DNA from: Clostridia bacterium
Lineage (GTDB): Bacteria > Bacillota > Clostridia > Oscillospirales > CAG-272
DNA: 64,000 bases
Assembly (NCBI GenBank): GCA_017451735.1
Contig: JAFTNU010000001.1
Coordinates: 11,156-75,155, forward strand
Reading direction: 5' to 3'
Positions 16,701-25,991 of the stretch are shown piece by piece. Both the position numbers and the translations under genes were made by a program. How positions within the stretch are numbered: the first letter of the stretch is position 1; the number at the start of each line of letters is the position of its first letter. Below the pieces are notes generated by a model. It saw only the letters and a list, made by a program, of their open reading frames with translations, searched no databases and was not told the DNA's origin.

Positions 16701-17564
16701 ATGCAAAAGCTAATCAAGAGAATAAGAGAATATTTGGGGCTGAGCCAAGCCGACTTCGCTGAGAAGCTGGGCGTGACCTTTGCGACCATTAACCGTTGGG
16801 AAAACGGTCGCGCAATTCCCACGAAGCTGGCGCAGGCAACCCTTTATGAATACTGCAAGGCACAAGGCGTTCCCGTTTACGATATGATCCTCGATAAGAT
16901 CAGAGCAACGACCGAAGAAATCGCACTTGAAGAAGGTCGCGTCCTTCTCTACCACGGCTCAAAATCGGGCATCGTTGGCGACATCGCACCCAAGAGCCGC
17001 GAGATGTGTGACTTCGGCAAGGGCTTCTATATGGGAACTGAGCCCGGACAACCGCTGACTCTGATATGCGATTTTGAAAAATCCAAGTTCTATATCGTGT
17101 CGATTGATACGCAAGAGCTTGATGCCATTGAGATCAAAGCCGACCTCGATTGGGCAATGCTTGTTGCATTCCACCGTGGCAGAATGGCGCAGATCAAGGG
17201 TACGGAGTTCTACAGCAAATACAGTCAACTTGATGCAGGCAAGGATCTCATAATCGGAAGCATCGCAAACGACAGAATGTTCTACGTGCTCGATAACTTC
17301 TTCACCGGCGGCATCACGGATATGGCACTCGTCAATAGCCTCTCTGCCCTCAAACTCGGAAAGCAGTACGTGGCGACCACCGAAAAGGCGTGTGCAGCCG
17401 TTCGCATTGAGAAGGAGCTCCCCATCTCCATGATGGAGCGCAGATTCCTTCAGGACGAAAGCGAAGCCAACCGACAGAAAGGAATACACCTTGCAAACGA
17501 TATTTGCAAGAACTATCGCCGTGAAGGAAAGTTCTTTGACGAAATACTTGACGAAGCAAAATAA
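16701..17564 (+). CDS. XRE-type HTH fused to a DUF3990-like domain
   Basis: RBS GCGGAGG. N-terminal HTH (LGLSQADFAEKLGVTFATINRWENGR). The C-terminal LYHGSKSG..DFGKGFYMG pattern is recalled as DUF3990. Confidence 0.65.
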   Translation: MQKLIKRIREYLGLSQADFAEKLGVTFATINRWENGRAIPTKLAQATLYEYCKAQGVPVYDMILDKIRATTEEIALEEGRVLLYHGSKSGIVGDIAPKSREMCDFGKGFYMGTEPGQPLTLICDFEKSKFYIVSIDTQELDAIEIKADLDWAMLVAFHRGRMAQIKGTEFYSKYSQLDAGKDLIIGSIANDRMFYVLDNFFTGGITDMALVNSLSALKLGKQYVATTEKACAAVRIEKELPISMMERRFLQDESEANRQKGIHLANDICKNYRREGKFFDEILDEAK

Positions 17565-17576
17565 CAGGAGGACACA

Positions 17577-17993
17577 ATGAACGAACTCCAACTGAAAATG
17601 TGTGATATACAAGGCAGACTTTTCGAGCTGTCAGGCGCGAGCGGTTACGATAGCGTGACATTCATCAAGGCGTTTATGACGAGCGAGGTCGCCAAAGGAC
17701 TTGATTCCAAGTTCAACCGCATGCAATGGGCTGGCGAAGAATATCTTCTCGCTGAGATCGCCGATAACGCCGAGCTCACCAAGGGCGGCACCGTGTACGA
17801 TAAAGAGGTGCTCTATTGGGCAGGCTACCTCTACCGCTTCTGGCACTTCGCCACAGGTGAGGATAGCAAAGATATCTACCGCCAAGCCCCTGCCGAAACC
17901 ATGAGCCGCAATTGGCTTATCTTCCACACCCTCGCCCCCGAAGTGGCAATTGAGGATCTGAAAGAGATTTATAGGCAGAAAAACGAAAAGTAA
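17577..17993 (+). CDS. Hypothetical protein (138 aa)
   Basis: Tightly linked downstream of the HTH-DUF3990 gene. No motif recognised. Confidence 0.55.
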   Translation: MNELQLKMCDIQGRLFELSGASGYDSVTFIKAFMTSEVAKGLDSKFNRMQWAGEEYLLAEIADNAELTKGGTVYDKEVLYWAGYLYRFWHFATGEDSKDIYRQAPAETMSRNWLIFHTLAPEVAIEDLKEIYRQKNEK

Positions 17994-18007
17994 GATGGGA
18001 GGCAAAT

Positions 18008-19090
18008 ATGTCAGATAAGAATTGGCAATTTGAACTTGAAGAATATATAAAACAGGGTGAGCCCGGAAAAACAGAAAAAAGTGATGCATGGCGAACAGCC
18101 ATCGGTCTTCAAGCGGTAGACGGGCTGACTACCTCGGAATATCTTCTCGATACTGCGAAGGAGCATATCGAGGGTAACATCAGTATCGACGAGGCGCAAA
18201 AGCGCATTCAAAGCTACTATGAGCAACGTACCGAGCGCACCGAAATCGAAGATGCGATCAAGGAAGCCGATATCGTTTCCGCAAGAATCGCAAAGCTCCT
18301 CGGCGAAAAGAGTTTTCAGTTTTCGCCTGCGGAGTGGATGACCATTCACCGCAGACTGTTCGAGGGCGTATTCAAGCACGCAGGTCAGGTCAGACCATAC
18401 AACATCACCAAGAAGGAATGGGTGCTGAACGGCGACACGGTCATCTATGCGGATTTCAACAGCATCCGTGATACTTTGGATTACGACTTCGCAACCGAAA
18501 AACAGTTCTCATACGAGGGGTTGTCCGTAGAAGCAGCCGTTAAACACCTTGCAAAATTTGCATCGGACATCTGGCAGATCCATCCCTTCTGCGAGGGCAA
18601 CACGAGAGCGACTGCCGTCTTTATGATCAAATATATGAAAACATTCGGTTTCCGCGTAAATAACGATGCTTTCCAAAAGAATTCGTGGTATTTCCGCAAT
18701 GCGCTTGTAAGAGCGAACTACAACAATTTGCAAAAAGGCATTCATTCCACAACGAAATTTTTGGAAATGTTCTTCGACAATCTCCTCTTGGAAACCAATC
18801 ACGAGTTGAGAAACAGATATATGCATGTGGATTACGTGGCTGAAAATGATTTCCAAAGTATCATTTCCAAAGCTCCAAAGTCTCAATTTGATACTTTGGA
18901 CTGCACTTTGGAAGAATTGGCGGTGCTGGAATTGGTAGCAAAAAATCCAATGATAAAACAGCAAGAGCTTGCCGATGCCACGGGAAAATCTATCGCCACC
19001 ATCAAACGCGTGATGAAATCCCTGCAAGACAAGAACTATATCCGCCGCGAAAGCGGAAAACGCTACGGCAAATGGGAAGTTTTAGTATAA
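18008..19090 (+). CDS. Fic-family protein with C-terminal winged-helix domain
   Basis: Fic motif HPFCEGNTRATAVF (HxFx[DE]GN[GT]R). C-terminal MarR-like wHTH (ELADATGKSIATIKRVMKSLQDKNYIRR). Confidence 0.8.
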   Translation: MSDKNWQFELEEYIKQGEPGKTEKSDAWRTAIGLQAVDGLTTSEYLLDTAKEHIEGNISIDEAQKRIQSYYEQRTERTEIEDAIKEADIVSARIAKLLGEKSFQFSPAEWMTIHRRLFEGVFKHAGQVRPYNITKKEWVLNGDTVIYADFNSIRDTLDYDFATEKQFSYEGLSVEAAVKHLAKFASDIWQIHPFCEGNTRATAVFMIKYMKTFGFRVNNDAFQKNSWYFRNALVRANYNNLQKGIHSTTKFLEMFFDNLLLETNHELRNRYMHVDYVAENDFQSIISKAPKSQFDTLDCTLEELAVLELVAKNPMIKQQELADATGKSIATIKRVMKSLQDKNYIRRESGKRYGKWEVLV

Positions 19091-19109
19091 TATGAAAGAG
19101 GAAACAAAA

Positions 19110-19949
19110 ATGGCTATCAGTAAAAAACTTGAAATTATATATCACAACGGTCAGCCCGATGGAATTCGATCCATTCGCAGACATCTCTCCACGATGACAA
19201 CCTATGTTATTCCTCGTCCTCTGCTGTCGGAAGCAAAGAAACTTTCCAGAATCAACCGCCCCGGAATCTACTATCTGATCAGCGAGAATGACGATAACAA
19301 AATCGCTCAGATTTATATCGGTCAGACGAGAAATGGCGTTGTTCGCCTTGATGATCATAATCGTTCAAAGGACTTTTGGAATAAAGCAATTATGTTCTTG
19401 GCAGATAACAAAACATTCTCTCTTGATATGATAAGCGGTCTTGAAGCTTATGCCATCGGCAAGGCTCACGACTCCAAGCGCTACAAAGTGGAAAATTCGG
19501 TCAATCCCAAGTATGAGATTGATGAATATGATCTCCCTTTAATCGAGGAGGTTTACGAAGAAATTCAATTCATCATGGCAACGCAGGGCTACAAGATGGA
19601 TAACTCCAAAACAACCCTAAATGAAGCTAATACGTTACATACCACTCGCAACGGAATTCTTGCTTTTGGTGTTTACGACGGTGAGAATTTTGAGGTTTTG
19701 GAAGGCTCGGAAATCGATATGAACCGTAGATGCCATTCGGCAACGATAGAAAAACAACGCCAAACAGCTCTCGCAAACGGCAATATTGTTTGCATTGACG
19801 GAAAATACAAATTAAATGTTTCTGTATCCTTCACCTCTCCCAGCTCTGCTGCTATGTTTGCTTTGGGCGGCAGTACAAATGGTTGGGTTGAATGGAAAGA
19901 CAAAGACGGAAAAACGCTGGACGAGATTTATAGAAAACAATTCAACTGA
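19110..19949 (+). CDS. GIY-YIG nuclease domain protein with DUF4357-like C-terminus
   Basis: PGIYYLISEN..IYIGQT (GIY..YIG). C-terminal FTSPSSAAMFALGGSTNGWVEWK resembles DUF4357. ATG at 19110 follows AAAGAGGAAA (alternative ATG at 19092). Confidence 0.7.
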   Translation: MAISKKLEIIYHNGQPDGIRSIRRHLSTMTTYVIPRPLLSEAKKLSRINRPGIYYLISENDDNKIAQIYIGQTRNGVVRLDDHNRSKDFWNKAIMFLADNKTFSLDMISGLEAYAIGKAHDSKRYKVENSVNPKYEIDEYDLPLIEEVYEEIQFIMATQGYKMDNSKTTLNEANTLHTTRNGILAFGVYDGENFEVLEGSEIDMNRRCHSATIEKQRQTALANGNIVCIDGKYKLNVSVSFTSPSSAAMFALGGSTNGWVEWKDKDGKTLDEIYRKQFN

Positions 19950-19980
19950 CAATATTTCAAGTTACATAAAGGGGTAAAAG

Positions 19981-22545
19981 ATGTCTATCAGATTATGGCC
20001 GCAAGACTTTGAACGTAAAGATCATATTACAAAAGCCGAAAAGGCTCTTTTGAGGTATGCTTCTCGCAACTTTCAGAATGGTCATATGGTGATAGGTATT
20101 GACCCTGTAGGATTAAGTACCGATAAAGTTAGAATGGGAATGTATATTTCACCTAACGAGGGGCTTGTTACATTCTCGATATATACAGGTAGCATTAATG
20201 CCTTATTAATCCCTCACTATATCAGTTATGTTGAAATGGTCGAGGCGAAAATACACGAGCGCCTTTTGGATTCTAAAATGTTGATCGTTAGAAATGGGCA
20301 AAATAAGGCTCTCAAATTTCCTTATAAACACATTATAATTTTTGCGGATGAAACTGCTGGAAAAACTACTCTCTCATCGCAAGATCTTAATAAATTGTTG
20401 CACTATGCTACCTTTGAATCCTTTAGACCGATTACATCTCAAGGCAAGGAAAAAAGAATTGAAGACTTGATGGTATTCGGAGGAATTAGGAAAGCGTACG
20501 ACAAAACATTCAAGTCTTTGTCTGATTCGGAATGCAGAGCGATATTTGAACGTTTGGCGGAAGAATACACCGTCGTAATGAATGAAACCGAAAACGTTAA
20601 AATTACCGAAAAGAAAGCTCTTGTTACAGAAAAAGATCTTCGAATAACCGGTCGAGAGGTGGAATACAAGACCTTTTTCCTTGATGAATATCAGGTCGGT
20701 GTCGTTAACGATATGGGTAAAGGACATCGTGTAATCCTTGCGAACCCTGGGGCTGGAAAGAGTGTATTGTTATTGTCGAAAGCTTTCAAATACGCGAGCC
20801 TTTATAAAGGTTCCAATGTCTTGTTGACTTGCTATAATAACAATTTGGCAGATTCTTATAATTTTAAGCGTAACTGCGCGAATTTTGGCGAAAATAATAA
20901 TTTGTTTATTATGACTTTCCATAAACTCGTCAAAAAGATTTATGAGGAATGTCTCCATTCGCACTGTGAAACCAACATAGCAACTGATGAAGAGATTCAA
21001 AAGTGCATAGATTTGGTGAAACAAGGAAAGGTTAATCTTAAATTTAAGGCAATTTTCATAGATGAAGTTCAAATTTTTGATCCTCTCTACCTTGAATTGT
21101 GCTATAGCTTACTTGAAGAAGACGAAGATCGAGTTTTCTTGATGGCCGGCGACTTGAATCAGGCTGTTCGAGCGTTGAGCCGAAAAGGAGATGCACCGTG
21201 GAAACGAATGAACGGTGTCCATTTGGACTTTACTGGGCGCGTTCGTTACATTGAAAAAAACTATAGAAACAGTAAGGAAATCGGCGAATACATTTCTCAT
21301 ATGTTACAGCATATGAACACTCGCCTCTCAATGTTGGATTTGATCAATTCACTTGAATATGAGTATAACTCATTTAAGATAGGTACAAATCCAACAATAG
21401 CATTGAAAGTTCAAACCGGAGTTCAAAGAATAGATATAAAAAAGCAAGTAATTGCAGCTATTAAAGAAATCTCCACAAAATACAAAATCAGTTATTCGGA
21501 AATCGCTGTGCTTTTCCCGTTCAGAAAGGTTCCTTATCACAAATATCACTTCCTGTATTGGCTTCAGCAAGGACTTGACGAAGAAGGAATCCCTTATTCG
21601 ATGATTATTAACGAACATGAAGGAAGTCATGTTAAGGTGAGACAAGGGGATATTTCCGGAGTGGTTGTATCTACTATTGAATCTTCGCTCGGACTGGACT
21701 TTAAGGCTGTTATTTTAGCAGGTCTATACCCCTATAGCTATGTCAATGTGGATGGCGAGGTTGTCGGGGATATCAAAACATGGACCAGCATTAAGAATAT
21801 GCCTGACAATCAACAAACTGCTGTCCAAAGCCAAATGCGAGCTGTATATACTGCGTGTTCAAGAGCTCGAGATGTGTTGTATGTTATAAGTGATTTGAAA
21901 CCCGGTTCTCCTATGGAAGAGATCATAAAGAAGCAATCTGACAGGAACAGTGTATCAACATCAACTGTACGCATGTCGCCAACACCTGCCAAGGCCAACA
22001 GCAATACCAGCTCAAGAACGGCAGGCAACAATTCTTTTACAACAACTAAAGAGTATTTAGTACAAGAGGTCACTGACCACGTTACGGTTCAGGCAACGAT
22101 TCAAGAGTCTAAAAAGCCTACTACTATTACTGTTGATGTTGCAAAATACCCGAAGCAGAAAAGCATTATTGGAAAAAAGGTCGGGGAAACATTTAAGTTT
22201 GTGGGTATTCCCTTAACCTACAAAATAGATAAAATCATTTCTTCCGAACCGCCTAAGTTTGATAAAGGACCTACGATATCAACAAAGCCTATAGAAGCTA
22301 AGCCTGCTGTAAAAAATTCTTCACCAACTGAGAAAAAGCTTTCACTAAAAGAATATTTTGAAAGCAAAGGCTTTTTCACTATAGACTGTCGCGGATGGAA
22401 CGGATGTCTTTGGGTTCTTGGCGATCAAAAGAAATTAGAGCCGTATGTAACAGAAGCAAAACGATTATATGGAGCAACTGGTGCGTATGGTTCGGGTAAA
22501 CAAACCAACTATAAACCTGCATGGTGGACAAAATCGAACAAATAA
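19981..22545 (+). CDS. UvrD/SF1-type helicase with N- and C-terminal extensions
   Basis: Walker A NPGAGKSVLL, Walker B FIDEVQIFD. UvrD_C-like STIESSLGLDFKAVIL and YTACSRARDVLYV. A low-complexity linker then a small C-terminal domain. Confidence 0.75.
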   Translation: MSIRLWPQDFERKDHITKAEKALLRYASRNFQNGHMVIGIDPVGLSTDKVRMGMYISPNEGLVTFSIYTGSINALLIPHYISYVEMVEAKIHERLLDSKMLIVRNGQNKALKFPYKHIIIFADETAGKTTLSSQDLNKLLHYATFESFRPITSQGKEKRIEDLMVFGGIRKAYDKTFKSLSDSECRAIFERLAEEYTVVMNETENVKITEKKALVTEKDLRITGREVEYKTFFLDEYQVGVVNDMGKGHRVILANPGAGKSVLLLSKAFKYASLYKGSNVLLTCYNNNLADSYNFKRNCANFGENNNLFIMTFHKLVKKIYEECLHSHCETNIATDEEIQKCIDLVKQGKVNLKFKAIFIDEVQIFDPLYLELCYSLLEEDEDRVFLMAGDLNQAVRALSRKGDAPWKRMNGVHLDFTGRVRYIEKNYRNSKEIGEYISHMLQHMNTRLSMLDLINSLEYEYNSFKIGTNPTIALKVQTGVQRIDIKKQVIAAIKEISTKYKISYSEIAVLFPFRKVPYHKYHFLYWLQQGLDEEGIPYSMIINEHEGSHVKVRQGDISGVVVSTIESSLGLDFKAVILAGLYPYSYVNVDGEVVGDIKTWTSIKNMPDNQQTAVQSQMRAVYTACSRARDVLYVISDLKPGSPMEEIIKKQSDRNSVSTSTVRMSPTPAKANSNTSSRTAGNNSFTTTKEYLVQEVTDHVTVQATIQESKKPTTITVDVAKYPKQKSIIGKKVGETFKFVGIPLTYKIDKIISSEPPKFDKGPTISTKPIEAKPAVKNSSPTEKKLSLKEYFESKGFFTIDCRGWNGCLWVLGDQKKLEPYVTEAKRLYGATGAYGSGKQTNYKPAWWTKSNK

Positions 22546-22580
22546 ACAACAATCTTGGTACTCAACAGGAGGATCATCAT

Positions 22581-25500
22581 ATGGCAAATAATTATAACAT
22601 TTTAGCAGATTACATAGTATCCAAATACATCGAAAGAATCTCCGGAGAAGATATTGCGGAGACTTTTGTAGATGATTCTCCTGCTGATCGTGTTATGGTC
22701 GGTATGTTAGCCGAAAACAGAATGGAGCAGCGATTTGACGGTGGATACGCAGAAAATAGTACCACTCGTTTCGAAAGCGTTCCGTCTATAAGCGTTTCTT
22801 TTGCTGTGAAAAAGAATCCGTTGGGTATGCTTAAGGTTGTTCCAAAAGGTCTCCTGTTTTATACAGTAGAACCTGACTATGATAAGACAGTTGCTTTTTT
22901 GATACAAAAGTATTCTGAAAAGGATAACGTTCGATATACCAACATTCAGCAACTTTGCGATGCCCACCCCGAAGACAAGTTCTATCTTCCTTTGACATAT
23001 AAAAAAATCAAGATCGAAGATGAAATGAAAGGTGGAATATCTGTACCGCTAATATCTCTTCAAGAATCCAAATTTCATTTGGAACAACAGATAAACGAAC
23101 GCCTTTCTGAACTTGCCGATAAAATTAGCAACGAGATTAAGGTGATAAAAAGTGATCGCGTATCTTTGTTTGACTTGGTGGATAAAGAACGCTTTTATCT
23201 GGTGACTGGTGGAAGCGAAGAGCCTGTATATCCTCGTTGGATTATCGATATCTATTGTACGGTTATTGACGAGGGGGACTCCTACCACTTCTTGATGCAG
23301 ATGGTTAATAAGACCCCTGTAAACGGAAAAAGCAATATTGGCTATCTGCCTAAAGTATTCAATGCCGGGATGGATATCATCGGCAACAGAGCTGTTAAGT
23401 TCAAAAATATAGATTTGGACTACTTCAAAAGCAGTTACAAATCTCGTTCTTTGGTATATGCTGTTGCAGAAAACACATCTGCTTCTCACTGCCCCGAAGA
23501 TAATGCTATACGTACTGACAATATTCCTCGGTACTACCAAAAGCGCTTGAAAACCAAAGACGGATTAACCGAATATGTTAAATTTGAAAAGCTTATTCAA
23601 GATCCTGTTGGCAATTTGAATTGCATTTACAGAGAGATGAAGGCTGATTACGAACAATGTTCTAACGAATTTAACACTACAAGATTTCCCAGTGCTGTCG
23701 CAAAAGATAAATTCAGAACAGCGTTGGAGGAATATGGTCGCGAAATAGCTCGTTTCAAAAAAGGCATAGAACAAATTGAATATAAGGATTATGTTAAAAA
23801 GGCTTTTGTTTGTATGAACAAAACCTTTATGACAAAACTTTCTGGTGAGCATAGACAAATTAGCGGTTGGCGTTTGTTTCAGATCGTATTTATAGTCTCT
23901 TTGATTTGTGAAATGATCAGAAGTGAATATAAGAATGACAGGACCATCGCTGAAGCTGATATAGAAATGGCAAATCTTTTGTATTTTCCCACAGGTGGTG
24001 GTAAGACAGAAGCTTTTCTTGGTGCATGCGTTTTCAATATGTTTTTTGATCGCTTACGCGGCAAAAACGAAGGAATTACTGCTTTTCTTAAATATCCCTT
24101 GAGATTGCTTGCAGTACAGCAGTTAGATCGTGTACTGACAATTGTTATGAAGGCAAATGTTGTACGCGAATCTATTCCCGAGCTTGCTCACAAGACACCG
24201 TTCCAAGTAGGATTTTTTGTTGGAAAAGGAAATACACCTAACAAGATTGATGCTTATGAGCGTTTGAGCGAACGCGGAGAAAAGAATAAATCGAAAGATC
24301 TTATTCTTGAAAGCGATCAGGAAACCCTGAACGATTATTATCGCTTCATCGATACTTGTCCCTTCTGCGGTAAGAAAGAGGTTAATCTTCGTTTTAATCA
24401 AGACAATTGGAAATTGGAGCATGTTTGCGACAACCCCGAGTGCCCCATCAATGTGCTCCCCTTGATGATTGTCGATAATGAAATATATCGATACTTGCCC
24501 TCTATTGTAGTTAGCACAATAGATAAAATGGCTATGCTTGGTACAAGCAACGATTTCAAGATGCTGTTTGGTCAAGTAAAGAAAAAATGCCCCGTGCATG
24601 GATTTACAAGCACTTCAAGATGTTCTTGCTCCGCTTGTAATAACAATTCTCTTGAGAATGTAGGATTGCTGAAGGATCCTATCCCCACTTTATTTATTCA
24701 AGACGAAATGCACTTGGTAAAAGAGAGTTTGGGAACATTTGATGCGCACTATGAGTCTTTTTTGAGTTATTATGCCAAAGAACTTGTTCCGGAAGCTCAT
24801 CGTAAACTTATTCGCTTTGTGGGTGCAACCGCGACAATTTCCATGTATGAAGCTCACATATGGAATTTGTATCACATGGAGGGACGCCGGTTCCCGTGTG
24901 AATATCCTTCTGCTAAATCCGGAGAGGATTTTTATTCGTATACCGATGAAAACGACATAACTCGTATATTGATCGGCTATGCACCTTACGGAAGGTCTAT
25001 CACAGATGGAATGTGGGAATCCGTATATATTATGAGGCTCATTGTCTACAGAATGATTCAATTCATAGATGAGAGTTATGCAGCTCTATGTGATGCAGGA
25101 TTTGTTGGCAGCATCGATGAGTACAAGGAAATGCTATATGATTATTGGATCGAATTGGTTTACAACAACCGCAAGCAAGATGCAATGGAACTCGAAAATG
25201 CATTTCAAAACCAGGCTAACAACTATTTGGAAGCCAAGGGCGTTCCAAAATATGTTATAGAGCAAATGACCAGTGATGTGGATTTTCAAACGGTAAGAAA
25301 AACATTGTTTGATATCCATGCAAACAGAAGAAATTTTGATAGTACCAACTTGCTATTGGCAACAAGTACGATCTCACATGGTGTAGACGAGGATTCCTTC
25401 AACATTATGTATTTCTTTGGTATGCCCAACAATAACGCAGAGTATATTCAAGCATATTCTCGTACCGGACGTAAACATACGGGTATAGTCGTTGATATTA

Positions 25501-25979
25501 TCCGTTTGATGCGAGTACGTGACCGCTCATACTTGAAGAATTTTGTGATTTTCCATCAAAACCGAGACGACTTGGTTGAAGCCGTTCCGATTAATCGTTG
25601 GGCGAAGAATGCTATTTATAGCACATTACCGGGATTGCTGTCCGGATTGATTAGGCAACACTATACAATCATTACAGGCACCGATAGCTTGCATCAGGCT
25701 ATAAAAGTGCAAAAGCTGTTGCGTTCTGAAGATATTGATATTGACGACGTTATGTCGAAGCTGATTAATGCATATGGCTGCAACAACCAAGAAAAGATGT
25801 CGCTTGCGTACAAAGAAATTATAGCTGAAGAAACGAACAACATCCTTTCCGGACTTAAAAATGGCAACTTCACAAATGAATTTTCTCTTTCTGACGCTAT
25901 TGGAAAATTCTCACGCGGCAAGAAAACGCCTATGACAAGCTTGCGCGATACAGAAGAACAGATTGAGATAAAGATCTGA
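22581..25979 (+). CDS. DrmA-like DExH (SF2) helicase
   Basis: ATG at 22581 follows GGAGGA. Motif I FPTGGGKTEAF, motif II FIQDEMHLV, motifs V/VI TSTISHGVDE..QAYSRTGR. Internal Zn-ribbon CPFCGKK..CDNPECP. About 1130 aa and followed by a DUF1998-like gene, as in DISARM. Confidence 0.65.
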   Translation: MANNYNILADYIVSKYIERISGEDIAETFVDDSPADRVMVGMLAENRMEQRFDGGYAENSTTRFESVPSISVSFAVKKNPLGMLKVVPKGLLFYTVEPDYDKTVAFLIQKYSEKDNVRYTNIQQLCDAHPEDKFYLPLTYKKIKIEDEMKGGISVPLISLQESKFHLEQQINERLSELADKISNEIKVIKSDRVSLFDLVDKERFYLVTGGSEEPVYPRWIIDIYCTVIDEGDSYHFLMQMVNKTPVNGKSNIGYLPKVFNAGMDIIGNRAVKFKNIDLDYFKSSYKSRSLVYAVAENTSASHCPEDNAIRTDNIPRYYQKRLKTKDGLTEYVKFEKLIQDPVGNLNCIYREMKADYEQCSNEFNTTRFPSAVAKDKFRTALEEYGREIARFKKGIEQIEYKDYVKKAFVCMNKTFMTKLSGEHRQISGWRLFQIVFIVSLICEMIRSEYKNDRTIAEADIEMANLLYFPTGGGKTEAFLGACVFNMFFDRLRGKNEGITAFLKYPLRLLAVQQLDRVLTIVMKANVVRESIPELAHKTPFQVGFFVGKGNTPNKIDAYERLSERGEKNKSKDLILESDQETLNDYYRFIDTCPFCGKKEVNLRFNQDNWKLEHVCDNPECPINVLPLMIVDNEIYRYLPSIVVSTIDKMAMLGTSNDFKMLFGQVKKKCPVHGFTSTSRCSCSACNNNSLENVGLLKDPIPTLFIQDEMHLVKESLGTFDAHYESFLSYYAKELVPEAHRKLIRFVGATATISMYEAHIWNLYHMEGRRFPCEYPSAKSGEDFYSYTDENDITRILIGYAPYGRSITDGMWESVYIMRLIVYRMIQFIDESYAALCDAGFVGSIDEYKEMLYDYWIELVYNNRKQDAMELENAFQNQANNYLEAKGVPKYVIEQMTSDVDFQTVRKTLFDIHANRRNFDSTNLLLATSTISHGVDEDSFNIMYFFGMPNNNAEYIQAYSRTGRKHTGIVVDIIRLMRVRDRSYLKNFVIFHQNRDDLVEAVPINRWAKNAIYSTLPGLLSGLIRQHYTIITGTDSLHQAIKVQKLLRSEDIDIDDVMSKLINAYGCNNQEKMSLAYKEIIAEETNNILSGLKNGNFTNEFSLSDAIGKFSRGKKTPMTSLRDTEEQIEIKI

Positions 25980-25991
25980 GGTGAGAAAAAA

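Noticed and set aside
14499-16706. Minus-strand ORFs 14499-14717, 15898-16236 and 16494-16706 overlapping the dispersed repeat modules, as a possible small-protein family
   Set aside because: The conserved nucleotide blocks fall in different reading frames in copy 1 versus copies 2 and 3. Copy 3 has a stop immediately upstream and no start. Conservation follows a compensated hairpin rather than codon structure.
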